Counted from the first letter of the stretch, positions 39,206 to 50,042 are shown. The stretch is DNA of 64,000 nt from an uncultured bacterium (GCA_965603595.1 CBFDDP010000003.1:1309-65308); one strand, 5' to 3'. Translations and numbers: made by a program. Notes: a model not told the origin generated them from the sequence alone.

Positions 39206-39829
39206 ATGAAAGAAACAATCAACGGGTATACCAAAGAGGAAGCGATGGAGAAGGCTTTCAAGATTGGATTCGAGAGCGAGAAAAACCGGCTCTCCTGCTC
39301 CCAGTCAAGTTTTCATGCAATCACCACGGTACTTGGGTATCGAAATCCACAGCTCTTCAAGAGCATCGTCGCCCTACAGGGAGGGGGCGCCGACTCGGGT
39401 CTGAATTCCTGCGGTGCTTTCTGCGGCCCCCTTGTGGTTTTCGGCTACTTCTTTGGAAGGGACTACAAGCTGTGGGAACAGGGTGAGATGGACCTTACGG
39501 CATCGATGCTCGGCCAGAAGCTCTTGAAAAAGTTTCAGGAAACCTATGGGTCGGCAGTGTGTAAGGATATTCAGACCCAGTGTCTGGGTTTCCCCACACA
39601 ATTCCTGGAAGGAGATATATTCAACGAGGAAGCCTTTGATAAATTCGAAGCTCATGGGGGTCATGAATTGGTTGCACCTACGGTTGTGGGAAGAGCAGCT
39701 GCCTGGGCAATTGAAATACTCTGGGATAAGCTTCCAAAGGATCAGGATATAGACTTATCATCAATTCCTTCATTTGAAGAAGCCGAAAAGAGGCTTAAGG
39801 AAAAGATAGCGAATTTGAAAAAAGAATGA
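39206..39829 (+). CDS. C_GCAxxG_C_C family protein (paralog 3)
   Basis: MKETINGYTKEEAMEKAFKIGF...CSQSSFHAI...GGGADSGLNSCGAFCG. SD AGGAGG lies 8 nt upstream. Confidence 0.65.
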   Translation: MKETINGYTKEEAMEKAFKIGFESEKNRLSCSQSSFHAITTVLGYRNPQLFKSIVALQGGGADSGLNSCGAFCGPLVVFGYFFGRDYKLWEQGEMDLTASMLGQKLLKKFQETYGSAVCKDIQTQCLGFPTQFLEGDIFNEEAFDKFEAHGGHELVAPTVVGRAAAWAIEILWDKLPKDQDIDLSSIPSFEEAEKRLKEKIANLKKE

Positions 39830-39884
39830 GCCCCCTTCGAAAGAGACGTGAAACCTCCTTCATAACGCCCACTAGGGGGACAAA

Positions 39885-39927
39885 GGGGGGGATTGTTTCC
39901 TGATCTTGGGAAGCAATCCCCCTTATT
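39885..39927. terminator. Bidirectional hairpin terminator
   Basis: GGGGGGGATTGTTTCC, a loop, then GGAAGCAATCCCCC, then TTATT. Lies between convergent genes. Confidence 0.55.
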
Positions 39928-39944
39928 AATTACCACCAAAGCAA

Positions 39945-40919
39945 TTAAAACGTGTTGAGCTCTTCGTCACGCTCCTTTAAAAGCTTGTCGATTTCACTGA
40001 TATCATCGTTGCTGAGTATCCAGTTTCCTGCTATAACGGTCTCCTCGACCTGTGAGGGTCGTCGAGCGCCAACGATGGCCGCAGTCACTTCAGGCCTTCT
40101 GAGTACCCAGGCAATGGCCAGCTGTGCAAGAGATTTACCATTCCTTTCGGCAATCGGTTTTAATCGGTCGACCAACTTCAGGTTAACACTAAACTCTGGT
40201 TCCTGAAAATAGGGCTCCCCAAGTCGGTGGTCCTTCCTATCCAGTTTCTGAATGCTTTCCTTCGTGTATTTGCCTGTGAGCAGTCCACGCTGCATGGGGC
40301 TGTAGGGTATGACACCTATGTTCTTTTTGCCGCAGTATGGAAGAATGTCTTTCTCGATATCGCGAATGATCATGCTGTAGGGCGGCTGCAGTGATGCGAC
40401 AGGAAGGATGGATTGCAGTCTTTCCATCTGCTCGACGCTGCAGTTGCTGACACCAATGTATCTGACTTTTCCTTCCTCGACGAGTGCGGCCATTTCCGTC
40501 CACGCCTCTTCCAGATCTTCATCCGGATTGGGCCAGTGTATCTGATAGAGATCAATGACATCTGTGCCTAGCCGATGTAGACTGGCGTCGACCTCTTTTC
40601 GTACACTGTCTCGTTTCAATGTACCGCTGATGTTGCGGTTTTCGTCCCAAACCAGCCCAAGCTTTGTTGCGATAATGGGTTTTTCTTTCACATCTTTCAG
40701 TGCTTCTCGCACAATCTCTTCTGCTTTACCGAGACCATAAACCGGTGCCGTATCAATCCAGTTGATCCCCACGTCCAGCGCCTTTTGAATGGCGGTTATC
40801 GAGTCATGGTCATCCTGAGGACCCCAACCTGCGTCCCAGTCGGGACCGCCGATAGCAAATGTTCCAAGTCCGACGGTTGTCAGTTCCAGGTCCGTATTAC
40901 CAAGTCTTTTCGTTCTCAT
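39945..40919 (-). CDS. Aldo/keto reductase
   Basis: MRTKRLGNTDLELTTVGLGTFAIGG...IDTAPVYG. The ORF-track start at 40976 is rejected as an upstream extension. Confidence 0.8.
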   Translation of the reverse strand: MRTKRLGNTDLELTTVGLGTFAIGGPDWDAGWGPQDDHDSITAIQKALDVGINWIDTAPVYGLGKAEEIVREALKDVKEKPIIATKLGLVWDENRNISGTLKRDSVRKEVDASLHRLGTDVIDLYQIHWPNPDEDLEEAWTEMAALVEEGKVRYIGVSNCSVEQMERLQSILPVASLQPPYSMIIRDIEKDILPYCGKKNIGVIPYSPMQRGLLTGKYTKESIQKLDRKDHRLGEPYFQEPEFSVNLKLVDRLKPIAERNGKSLAQLAIAWVLRRPEVTAAIVGARRPSQVEETVIAGNWILSNDDISEIDKLLKERDEELNTF

Positions 40920-41043
40920 TGAGTACCATCCCCGTATATTTGTTGAGATTAATATAATAAACAATTGATGTTTCATGCAAATGAGATCTTACATCGGTGT
41001 AAAATAAACGTATCTCTGGCAAAGTATTAAGCTGGTAGCACCC

Positions 41044-41919
41044 TTAAAAGAGTGAATTTTTTATAAGTGCTTCGGAAGATTTTTCGATCATTTTTACTGA
41101 TGTGGCAAAATCCGACACTGCGAGTGTAGCGTATATGATATCGACGATGAGTATCTGTGCGACCCTTGAGGGCATTGATTCCTGAAAAAATGCAAGGTCT
41201 TCAGTGGAGCTGAACAGTTTGATATCAGCGCATGCCGTGATAGGAGATTTATCATAATTTGTGATACAGATTGTATTTGCCCCGCATTCCTTTGCGGTTT
41301 TCAATGCCATCACCGTTGATTTCGTACGTCCTGAATTGCTTATCCCCAGTGCGACATCTCTGTCTGTGAGGAGCGATGCGGAGACAATCTGCTGATTTCC
41401 ATCACTTGTAGCACAACACTGCTTACCAATTCGGTAAAATCTCAAACGTGCATTATCAGCGGCTATGAAGGAGCCACCGGCACCATAAATATCTATTTTT
41501 CTTGCATTCTTTATAGCTTCAACAGCCCTATCAATTTCTCCACTGTCAATTCTTTTAATTGTGTCCTGAAGGCTTTTTATATTCCTGTGAACGATTTTAG
41601 TGATTATGCTGTCGGTTGAGTCATTTTTCGATATATCATCATAGACGTACTCCTCCTCACTCAACTCTCCAAGGTCCTGCTGGGTTAAAATTTCCGTAAT
41701 TATAATCTTGAGCTGATTGAAACTATCGAGTCCTATAGTCTGCACGAATCGCATGACAGTCGATTCTGAAACATTACAGGCCTGCGCCAGGTCTTTGATC
41801 CGTATATATTTAATTCTTGAAGGGTCAAGCAGAATATAGTCTGCAATCCTTCGAAGGGCAGGATTGAGAGATGGTGCAAGTCCCCGTATTCTTAATAACA
41901 AAGTTTCACTGGTATCCAT
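41044..41919 (-). CDS. MurR/RpiR-family regulator (HTH plus SIS domain)
   Basis: N-terminal HTH_6 region IKDLAQACNVSESTVMRF, and a C-terminal SIS domain IDIYGAGGS. Confidence 0.8.
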   Translation of the reverse strand: MDTSETLLLRIRGLAPSLNPALRRIADYILLDPSRIKYIRIKDLAQACNVSESTVMRFVQTIGLDSFNQLKIIITEILTQQDLGELSEEEYVYDDISKNDSTDSIITKIVHRNIKSLQDTIKRIDSGEIDRAVEAIKNARKIDIYGAGGSFIAADNARLRFYRIGKQCCATSDGNQQIVSASLLTDRDVALGISNSGRTKSTVMALKTAKECGANTICITNYDKSPITACADIKLFSSTEDLAFFQESMPSRVAQILIVDIIYATLAVSDFATSVKMIEKSSEALIKNSLF

Positions 41920-42180
41920 GGGATTTCCTTTTTTCAGAGAATTTATTAAAAATATGTTGACAAGACACGTTACATCATGTAATAGTAATAAATATTTTTA
42001 TTAAAAATTAAATAAAAAATTTTTTTTCTATTTAGTATACTTTACATTCCCTTTCGTGTCTTTGCAAGAACTTTTTCAATATCCTGTTGTTTACGAGTTG
42101 TGAAGAGAAGTAAGAAAAAATAAACTGGGTACTCGTCTGCATAATAGGTCCGCTATAAAACATCTCAACGGAGCCCAACG

Positions 42181-43194
42181 ATGGATGTACTGAGATTTTG
42201 TCTCATCGGCGCAGGAAGAGCAGGAATGGTACATGCACGTAACATTGTGCATACCGTTTCAAATGCAGAGCTGGTTGCTATCGTTGATTTGAATGAGAGG
42301 CAGCTCAAAGAGAAAGGAGAAGAACTTGGTGTTCATTCCCTGTACACGGATATCGATGATGCACTTGTACATGATGTATTCGACGCCGTAATCATAGGTG
42401 CTCCAACCTTTACACATCATTTCTACACGGTCAAATGTGCTGATGCAAAGAAGCACGTATTCTGTGAGAAGCCCATGGCGGTTACGGTGAGCGAAGCACG
42501 GGAAATGATTGATGTCGCTGAGAAGAATAACATGAAACTGCAGATTGCATTTATGAGAAGATTTGACTCGCTCTTTCAAAATGCAAAATTTGTTATAGAC
42601 AGCGGTGAGTTGGGTGATCCCATCATCATCAAATCACTCGCTAGAGGGCCCGGTCTTCCGGCCCCGTGGTATTACGATATATCAAAGAGCAATGGACTGC
42701 TTGCAGAGATATGCAGCCATGACTTTGATTCATCCAGGTGGTTCAGTGGGAGTGAATACAGGAGAGTATATGCTGAGGCTGTTAATAGAAAAACACCGGA
42801 AATCAGGAAAGAGTATCCTGATTTTTATGACAACGTCGTCTGCTCATTCCGTATGAAGAATGATGTGATAGGAACGATCGATTCAACATGCCCTTCAGAC
42901 TACGGATTTGATGTCAGGGGTGAAATCGTCCTCACCAAAGGATTAATTGTCATCGGTGAGGTGCAGGGTGAAGCTGTACTTACCTGCGATACGAAGGGAG
43001 TGATAGGGACACGTGCTTTCACGAGCTGGAGAACACGATTCAAAGAGTCCTATATAAAGGAGATACAGAGTTTTATCGATGTGGTACTGAAAGATGAGAC
43101 GCCGTTTGTGACCGGATATGACGGTCTTGCATCAGTCGAAGCAGTTGTTGCTGCAAACCAGTCGATAAAAGCCGGGGCGCCCGTTGAATTATAG
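42181..43194 (+). CDS. Gfo/Idh/MocA-family oxidoreductase
   Basis: FCLIGAGRAGMVHARN Rossmann start; EKP motif FCEKPMA. Confidence 0.8.
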   Translation: MDVLRFCLIGAGRAGMVHARNIVHTVSNAELVAIVDLNERQLKEKGEELGVHSLYTDIDDALVHDVFDAVIIGAPTFTHHFYTVKCADAKKHVFCEKPMAVTVSEAREMIDVAEKNNMKLQIAFMRRFDSLFQNAKFVIDSGELGDPIIIKSLARGPGLPAPWYYDISKSNGLLAEICSHDFDSSRWFSGSEYRRVYAEAVNRKTPEIRKEYPDFYDNVVCSFRMKNDVIGTIDSTCPSDYGFDVRGEIVLTKGLIVIGEVQGEAVLTCDTKGVIGTRAFTSWRTRFKESYIKEIQSFIDVVLKDETPFVTGYDGLASVEAVVAANQSIKAGAPVEL

Positions 43195-43227
43195 ACATTT
43201 CACGTCTACAAAGAGGGTAGAGAAGGT

Positions 43228-43998
43228 TTGGGCGATTATATACTTCAGACTAAAACGTTGTGTAAGGATTTCATCGGCCTCCGTGCGCTCGATAATCTCG
43301 ATATGTCTGTAAAAAAGGGAAACATACATGGGCTCATCGGCCCGAACGGATCGGGTAAGTCCACCTTTTTCAATGTTGTGTCAGGAGTGCTGAGTGCCAC
43401 TTCAGGAAACATAGTATTCGACTCGGTAGATATAACGAATCTGAAACCTCATACCATTGCACGCATGGGCATGTGCCGGACCTTTCAGGCCGGTAAGCTT
43501 GCTCCGAATCTTACCGTTCTCGAGAATGTCATGACTGGCGCGCATTCACGTACGAAAAATGATCTTTTAAATACTTTCTTTCGTCCTCCCTTTTGGACCT
43601 CACGGCAGGAAAAGCGGATACGGCACATGGCCATTGAAAGCCTCGATCGTGTCGGTTTAATGGAGCGTGTGGACAATCTTGCCGGTGATCTTGTGTGGGT
43701 AGAGCGGCAGCTTGTCCAGATTGCTCGTGCCATGGTAGCGAAACCATTGATCTTGCTCATGGATGAACCTACCGGGGGTATGGGCGCTGAAGAGTCGGAA
43801 AAGGTCGACTCCATCATAAAGAAGATCAGAGATGAGCTTGATACAACCATTGTGGTTGTTGCACATGATATGAGACTGGTCATCGGAATCTCGGATGTCA
43901 TTACATGCATCACCTTTGGTAAAAAGATATGCGAAGGAACGCCAGAGGAGGTGCGGAACGATCCTGAAGTGTTAGAGGCATACCTTGGGAAAGAGTAA
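43228..43998 (+). CDS. ABC ATP-binding protein (LivG-like)
   Basis: GPNGSGKSTFFN, and LivG-type insert before the signature. Confidence 0.8.
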   Translation: MGDYILQTKTLCKDFIGLRALDNLDMSVKKGNIHGLIGPNGSGKSTFFNVVSGVLSATSGNIVFDSVDITNLKPHTIARMGMCRTFQAGKLAPNLTVLENVMTGAHSRTKNDLLNTFFRPPFWTSRQEKRIRHMAIESLDRVGLMERVDNLAGDLVWVERQLVQIARAMVAKPLILLMDEPTGGMGAEESEKVDSIIKKIRDELDTTIVVVAHDMRLVIGISDVITCITFGKKICEGTPEEVRNDPEVLEAYLGKE

Positions 43999-44704
43999 CA
44001 TTTTAAGGGTTGAGGACCTTCATGTGTCCTATGGACCCATTAAGGCCTTACGCGGTGTTAGCATCGAGGTGAATGAAGGTGAAATTGTTGTAATGATCGG
44101 AGCAAATGGCGCCGGGAAGACAACACTTGTTGAAACCATTCTCGGGATTACCCCGGTGGAGAAGGGTCGTATCATGTTCATGGGTGAGGAGGTCACCCAG
44201 AAAAAAACAGAATATGTTGTGGCGTCGGGCCTGTGCCTCATTCCGGAAGGTCGTGGTATTTTACCTTTGATGACTGTCATGGAGAACCTCCAGCTTGGCG
44301 CCCATCATTTCAAGGGAGATACGAGTAAAAATCTGGAACTGATCTATAGATGTTTTCCTGTGCTCAAAGAGAGGAGTAAGCAGATGGCAGGTACGCTGAG
44401 TGGAGGAGAGCAACAGATGCTTTCAGTCGCTCGTGGATTGATGTCGGCTCCGAATCTCATGATGCTGGATGAACCATCACTCGGACTGGCCCCTACAGTG
44501 ATGAAGGATCTGTTTCGGACTATTGGAGAACTCAATTCTACAGGATATACAATACTTCTCTCCGAACAGAATGCACGTCAGGCCTTACGGTATGCACATC
44601 GTGGTTATGTCTTTGAAACCGGGGAGATCGTATTGAGCGGTACTGCTGAAGAGTTGATGCATAACCAAAGGGTTCAGCAGGCGTATCTTGGAGGGGTCGT
44701 GTAG
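43985..44704 (+). CDS. ABC ATP-binding protein (LivF-like)
   Basis: GANGAGKTTL; LSGGEQQML. Confidence 0.8.
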   Translation: MGKSNILRVEDLHVSYGPIKALRGVSIEVNEGEIVVMIGANGAGKTTLVETILGITPVEKGRIMFMGEEVTQKKTEYVVASGLCLIPEGRGILPLMTVMENLQLGAHHFKGDTSKNLELIYRCFPVLKERSKQMAGTLSGGEQQMLSVARGLMSAPNLMMLDEPSLGLAPTVMKDLFRTIGELNSTGYTILLSEQNARQALRYAHRGYVFETGEIVLSGTAEELMHNQRVQQAYLGGVV

Positions 44705-44728
44705 GTATCAGTATAACAGGGAAAGTCA

Positions 44729-45604
44729 ATGGAAATCTTTTTAGCGCAGCTGATTAATGCCATTGCTCTGGGAAGCGTGTACGCTCTTCTCGTAACGGGT
44801 TTCAATCTTTTGGTCGTGGTCGGGGGGATCTTTCCCTTTGCGTACTCGCACATCGTTGTGCTCTCCATGTATATGTGCTGGTTTGCAATGAAAATGACCG
44901 GAGATAATGCAGCGGTTGGAATCCTTGCCGGAGTTCTTTCAGGAACGGCATTCAGTTTCATTACAGAACCAGTGTTCAGGCCTCTGGCCAAGCGTGGTGC
45001 GGTACTCGGCTCCTTTATCGTGGCAATGGCATTGAGTTTAATCATAACAGAGATCATGGCGCAAAAACTGAACATGGGAATTGTGATAAGCTTTCCTCAG
45101 ACTTTTCAGGGAAAGGAAGCGCTTATACAATTCGGAACTGCCACGGTTACGGCGGGACAGATTGCCACTATTGTGGGAAGTATCGGTGCCGGGCTTGGGT
45201 TCTTTTATCTCCTCTATCGCACGAAACAGGGGAGAGCTTTTCGCGCGATGGGACAGAGCCCCTTTTCAGCAAGGCTTCTGGGTATTCCAATTGTTAAAAC
45301 AAGGATATATGCCTATCTCATTGCAGGTTTACTGGGAGGTATTTCGGCTGTCTTCCTGGCGATGGCCATTGGTACTGCTTCATCTTCCCTGGGGGACAAC
45401 CTGGCGCTCAAGGTAATGGCAGTTTCGATGCTTGCAGGCGTAGGAAATCTTGGAGGTGGCCTGGTCGCTGCACTCATTCTCGGTTTATCCGAGGGGATGG
45501 TGCTTGCCTATCTTCCGGGTGATTGGTCACAGGCCATTGCTTTTGGTATGATCATGGTTGTCGTTATGATCAGGCCGAAGGGACTCTTTGGTACCATGGC
45601 ATAG
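44729..45604 (+). CDS. Branched-chain-type ABC permease (LivH-like)
   Basis: Hydrophobic; 291 aa. Confidence 0.75.
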   Translation: MEIFLAQLINAIALGSVYALLVTGFNLLVVVGGIFPFAYSHIVVLSMYMCWFAMKMTGDNAAVGILAGVLSGTAFSFITEPVFRPLAKRGAVLGSFIVAMALSLIITEIMAQKLNMGIVISFPQTFQGKEALIQFGTATVTAGQIATIVGSIGAGLGFFYLLYRTKQGRAFRAMGQSPFSARLLGIPIVKTRIYAYLIAGLLGGISAVFLAMAIGTASSSLGDNLALKVMAVSMLAGVGNLGGGLVAALILGLSEGMVLAYLPGDWSQAIAFGMIMVVVMIRPKGLFGTMA

Positions 45605-45632
45605 GTATGTAAACAAAAGGAGAGCTGCCTGT

Positions 45633-46526
45633 ATGTCATTAAGTCTCTATTACTACTTTCAGCTCACTGCCATCTTTATTATGCTCGGCTGGACACTCTA
45701 CTGGATATATCGCATCGGGCAGCTGAATAATGCACCTATTGCAATTATGGCAATAGGTGCGTATCTCAGTTCCTACGCTGTACTGACGTGGGGGTGGCCC
45801 TTTGCAGCAGCCTTTGCATTCGCCGTGATATGCGGTGCGGTCTTTGCAGTTATTCCTGCTCTTGGCCTTGGACGCGCGCCCGCCTTTGCCATGGTAATAG
45901 CCACCATAGCGCTCATCTTCATAATGCAGACAGTATTCAGAAATCTTCCCTGGTTCGGGGGGGCATTAGGTTTGTTTGGCATCCCGAAGATCAAGAACCT
46001 GTTATGGATCACATACGGTTTTTTGATATTCTTCGGCATACTCATATACAGATTCGATCATTCGAGGTTGGGCAGGGCAGCAGACATCGTTTTTGAGGAT
46101 CGAGACGTGGCCAGCACATTGGGAATCAATATCTACCTGTTCAGCGTGTGTCTGCAGGTGATGACGGGCGTTATGGGTGCTGTTGCCGGTGTGCTCTATG
46201 CATTCACCATCAGGACCGTCATCCCCGTCTATTTTGGGTTTCCCTTCCTGCTTGCCATAACCACGTTCATATTTGTCGGTGGTTATACGACCATGTGGGG
46301 CGTCATAGTATTTACACCGATTCTCTGGGGAATACCGTTGATTCTCCCCGAATCCTTCGCCGCTTATCGAAATTTTATCTATGGGGTGCTTCTCATGGGA
46401 ACGCTCCTCCTGAGGTCCGAGGGAGCGATCGATAGAAGATTTCTTCGCTGGCTTCGTATACACGCAGAGCATGCGCTTGATAAGCTCACTCATAGGTGGA
46501 AAAAACTAAATCATGTAAGGGGGTGA
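45633..46526 (+). CDS. Branched-chain-type ABC permease (LivM-like)
   Basis: Hydrophobic. Starts at the ATG at 45633, inside the ORF-track frame. Confidence 0.7.
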   Translation: MSLSLYYYFQLTAIFIMLGWTLYWIYRIGQLNNAPIAIMAIGAYLSSYAVLTWGWPFAAAFAFAVICGAVFAVIPALGLGRAPAFAMVIATIALIFIMQTVFRNLPWFGGALGLFGIPKIKNLLWITYGFLIFFGILIYRFDHSRLGRAADIVFEDRDVASTLGINIYLFSVCLQVMTGVMGAVAGVLYAFTIRTVIPVYFGFPFLLAITTFIFVGGYTTMWGVIVFTPILWGIPLILPESFAAYRNFIYGVLLMGTLLLRSEGAIDRRFLRWLRIHAEHALDKLTHRWKKLNHVRG

Positions 46527-46600
46527 TAGCGAATTATGCAACACGTGCACCTTGGTATATGCTCAATCATGAGAGAATCTCAAAATGAGGAGGAGAAAAA

Positions 46601-47842
46601 ATGAAGGTTTTCAGGCTAACCTGTATTGCTCTTACAATAGTGCTTGCCGGTGCTTTTCTCTGTTTTGCCGGAAAGGGTGAAGAGGAACCAGCACCAGCGG
46701 TTGAAGAAGAGGAGGTTGAAGTCAAGGCAGCGGATGATGTATGGGTTGATGAGTGGGTATTCCCCTCGAGTAATATAATCACCGGTGTGAGTGCCTATCA
46801 CGGCATGCTGAATGAGTTTGGCGCTGATATGGCCATCGAGGAGATCAACAAGGCTGGTGGAATCAGGGGAAAGCCTGTGAGGGTCAGGTGGTACGATGAG
46901 GGAACACAGGATTCTGCGAGGGCTGTTGCTTCAATGAGTGCAATGATTGATACGGATCCACTCCTGGTTATGGGGCCCTGCAGTGACGTGAGTGTTCGTG
47001 CAGCCGTCCCACTTGCTGTTGAAGAGGGTGTGTACAGCATGTGTACATTGGCCGGATACCCCATGGCACGGGAGTTTGCGCCATACACTCTCTGCTTTTT
47101 GGCAAACGACAGGGACCAGTCAAGAGCGGCAGTGTACAAGTGGGTTGAGATCGTGCCCGGTATGAAGAAGGTCGTTCACTTTACTGCGCCGCAGAGTGGG
47201 ACCTGGATGAGCATTGCCGAGGCAGAGAACAGTGCGCTTCACGATCACGACATAGAAACGGTTGACATTGCTGTTCCCTACGATACCGTTAACTACGGTC
47301 CAATTGCCGTACGTGCTCTCGGCGAGAACCCGGATGGAATGATTTTTACGAGTCATCCTGAAGGTATTGCAAAGATAATCGTTGAGCTTCACAAACGCGG
47401 GTGGACCGACAAGTCAAAGTTTCTGCTCTCGCAGGCGGCTCCGGTCCCGGAGCTCTGGCAGATTGGGGAGGGGTACCTGGATGATTGTTACGTCTGGATG
47501 TGGTATGATCCCAATTCAACAAACCCGAGATGGCAGAATCTGTCAAAGCGTCACGAGGAGTCTTTTGGCTCCCCCGCATCATTCATGATGGTGTGGAAGG
47601 GGTATGATGAGCTCTACATCATCAAGAAGTGTTTCGAAGATCTCAAGATCACCGGGAATCCCGCAAAGCTGAAAGAGGAGAGGATTTCCATCAAAAATTA
47701 TATGAACAACTGCAGTTTTGAGAGCATCTTCGGTCATATGAAGATTGTTGATGGCGTACGGCTGAATCCGACGCTTCTCTTCACAATCGAGAACAACAGA
47801 CTGGGTGAAGTGCTCGTAGTGCCGCTTGATATCGCGATGTAA
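46601..47842 (+). CDS. Liv-type periplasmic substrate-binding protein (PBP type I)
   Basis: Signal peptide plus an LCFAGKGEEEP linker, then the family block EINKAGGIRGKPVRV. Confidence 0.7.
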   Translation: MKVFRLTCIALTIVLAGAFLCFAGKGEEEPAPAVEEEEVEVKAADDVWVDEWVFPSSNIITGVSAYHGMLNEFGADMAIEEINKAGGIRGKPVRVRWYDEGTQDSARAVASMSAMIDTDPLLVMGPCSDVSVRAAVPLAVEEGVYSMCTLAGYPMAREFAPYTLCFLANDRDQSRAAVYKWVEIVPGMKKVVHFTAPQSGTWMSIAEAENSALHDHDIETVDIAVPYDTVNYGPIAVRALGENPDGMIFTSHPEGIAKIIVELHKRGWTDKSKFLLSQAAPVPELWQIGEGYLDDCYVWMWYDPNSTNPRWQNLSKRHEESFGSPASFMMVWKGYDELYIIKKCFEDLKITGNPAKLKEERISIKNYMNNCSFESIFGHMKIVDGVRLNPTLLFTIENNRLGEVLVVPLDIAM

Positions 47843-47857
47843 TCTTTTGGTCTCAAT

Positions 47858-47923
47858 GTTTGGGGATTGCAATTGAACTTACATGCAGTGATAATGGATA
47901 TGTAATCCCCAAATTTATTTTTT
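47858..47923 (+). terminator. Putative terminator
   Basis: GTTTGGGGATT, a long loop, then AATCCCCAAA, then TTTATTTTTT. Confidence 0.45.
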
Positions 47924-48025
47924 GGAATTTGAGAAGCCCACAAAACAAATCATTGATGTCTAATCTTGACTGAATACTATAAGTTTTGAATAAAGAGAGT
48001 AAGTGGATTGAGGAGAGAGTGAAAA

Positions 48026-49105
48026 TTGAGACCCCGTGATTTGGAAGGAAAAGTACTCACCGTACTCGGTCCAGTTGATACAGATTCACTTGGCATCGTA
48101 TTGCCCCATGAACATGTTCTCGCCGACATGACCGCTTATTTCGTAGAACCAACGAAAACCACTGAAAAGCGAATGGCGAACCAGCCGGTATCAATTGAGA
48201 ACCTCTACTGGGTCCATACTCATCTGATGGGAAACAGGGATGATCTTCTCATGAAGGATGAAGAGCTTGCACGAGACGAATTAATGAGATTTAAAAATGC
48301 GGACGGTGCCGTGGTTGTTGATATGAGTTGCATAGGTCTCGGCAGGGACCCGCACGGGTTGAAGAGGATAGCGCGGGCTACTGGTTTGCATATTGTGATG
48401 GGAGCTGGCTATTATGTGAGTTGCTCGCATCCCGCTGATTTAAAAGAGAAAAACGAGAGTGAAATAGCGGATGAAATCGTGAGGGACATTGTAGAGGGGG
48501 TCGATCAATCAGGGATACGGGCAGGTATAATTGGCGAGGTTGGATGTTCGATACCTCTTGATGAGGGTGAAAAGAAGGTGCTCCGTGCAAGCGCCATTGC
48601 ACAGAGAAAAACCGGTGCTGCAGTTAACATTCATCCAAGCAGAAGTGATGAGCTTCTCATGGAGACAAAAGCTATACTGGAAGAATCGGGAGCGGACCTT
48701 TCCAGGGTAGTCATAAGCCATTCAGGTCACTTCGGTTTTAAAAAAGAGACGATTAGAGAACTTGCGATTGCGGGCTGCTATATAGAATTTGATACCTTCG
48801 GACATCCCGCCCTTCCCATTGAGTGCTTTACGCATGAGGAGAGGCTCCTTGAAATGCCGAGTGAAGTACAGCGGATATACTACATTCGAGAACTCATCGC
48901 AGAGGGTTTTTTGGATAGAATCCTTATTTCTCAGGATTGTTGTTTCAAACACAAGTATGTACGATACGGCGGTTACGGCTATGCCCACATTATTGAACAC
49001 ATCATCCCCTGGATGAAGCAGAGGGGCATCACGGATGCACAGATACACTCCATCGTTGTTGAGAACCCAAAACGTATGCTGACACTTGCAAAGATTGAAG
49101 AGTAA
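48026..49105 (+). CDS. Phosphotriesterase-family protein (PTE-like lactonase/amidohydrolase)
   Basis: GKVLTVLGPVDTDSLGIVLPHEHVL N-terminal metal-binding block. TTG start. Confidence 0.75.
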   Translation: MRPRDLEGKVLTVLGPVDTDSLGIVLPHEHVLADMTAYFVEPTKTTEKRMANQPVSIENLYWVHTHLMGNRDDLLMKDEELARDELMRFKNADGAVVVDMSCIGLGRDPHGLKRIARATGLHIVMGAGYYVSCSHPADLKEKNESEIADEIVRDIVEGVDQSGIRAGIIGEVGCSIPLDEGEKKVLRASAIAQRKTGAAVNIHPSRSDELLMETKAILEESGADLSRVVISHSGHFGFKKETIRELAIAGCYIEFDTFGHPALPIECFTHEERLLEMPSEVQRIYYIRELIAEGFLDRILISQDCCFKHKYVRYGGYGYAHIIEHIIPWMKQRGITDAQIHSIVVENPKRMLTLAKIEE

Positions 49106-49124
49106 ACCGAGTGGGGGAGTCATC

Positions 49125-50042
49125 ATGAAAAGAGAATATCACGACAAAGATGGCAGAGATATGACCAGGGAGGAGGTACAGCAGCTTCCACCAGAGGAGT
49201 TGGAGAAACGTTCCGGTATCTCCCTGCATATTCTGCCTGACTATGAAAGGCTCTACGATGCTTTTGCGGAGATGATGGTGCAATTCATACAGGAAAGGGC
49301 GGGAGAAAAGGTGGTAATGATTTTGCCCGTGGGCCCAACGCAGCAGTATCCTGTGTTTGCGAAGAAGGTCAATGAGCGCGGGGTAAATTTGAAGAACCTT
49401 TGGACGTTCAACATGGACGAATTCCTGGATAGAAATGGAAGAACGATCCCAGAATCACACCCCATGTCCTTCAAGGGTGATATGATGCGAAACTTCTATG
49501 AGCTCATTCGTCCGGAGCTCAGAATGCCGATTGATCATATGCATTTTCCGAGGCACGATAGTTACGATGAAATTGACAGGGCCTTTGATACACACGCTCC
49601 GGATGGTGTGGATCTCTGTTTGGCTGCGGTAGGACCTGAAGGGCATATCGCATTCAACGAAGATCCAAACTTCAACCATGTGGAAGTTACAGAGGAGGAA
49701 TATCTCGAAGATAGAACAAGGCTGGTGCTCGTGAAAACATCGACTGTGGACATGGATGCTCTTGTCGCAGGCTGCGGTGATAGAACTGCAATACCGCCTT
49801 TCGCAGTGACCATAGGACCCCACGATATAATGAAAGCCAGGAGAACTGAGGTTGTGTTTTTCGCAGGTCAGTGGCATCGAACATCCTTGAGGGAAACATT
49901 GTTCAGAAAACCGACGATGCATTTTCCTGGCTCCCTTTTGAAAATAAGAAAAAAAAGAGATGGCTCGCTGGAAAAACAGAATATGACGGTATGGACCACT
50001 CCTGTTGAATCGGGAACAATATTTTCAAAAACGATGTCCTGA
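49125..50042 (+). CDS. NagB/6-phosphogluconolactonase-like deaminase or isomerase
   Basis: ILPVGPTQQYPVFAKKV...NMDEFLD resembles the GlcN6P_deaminase fold. Confidence 0.55.
   Translation: MKREYHDKDGRDMTREEVQQLPPEELEKRSGISLHILPDYERLYDAFAEMMVQFIQERAGEKVVMILPVGPTQQYPVFAKKVNERGVNLKNLWTFNMDEFLDRNGRTIPESHPMSFKGDMMRNFYELIRPELRMPIDHMHFPRHDSYDEIDRAFDTHAPDGVDLCLAAVGPEGHIAFNEDPNFNHVEVTEEEYLEDRTRLVLVKTSTVDMDALVAGCGDRTAIPPFAVTIGPHDIMKARRTEVVFFAGQWHRTSLRETLFRKPTMHFPGSLLKIRKKRDGSLEKQNMTVWTTPVESGTIFSKTMS

Noticed and set aside
46002-46493. 163-aa minus-strand ORF
   Set aside because: Antisense within the LivM-like permease gene, with no motifs.
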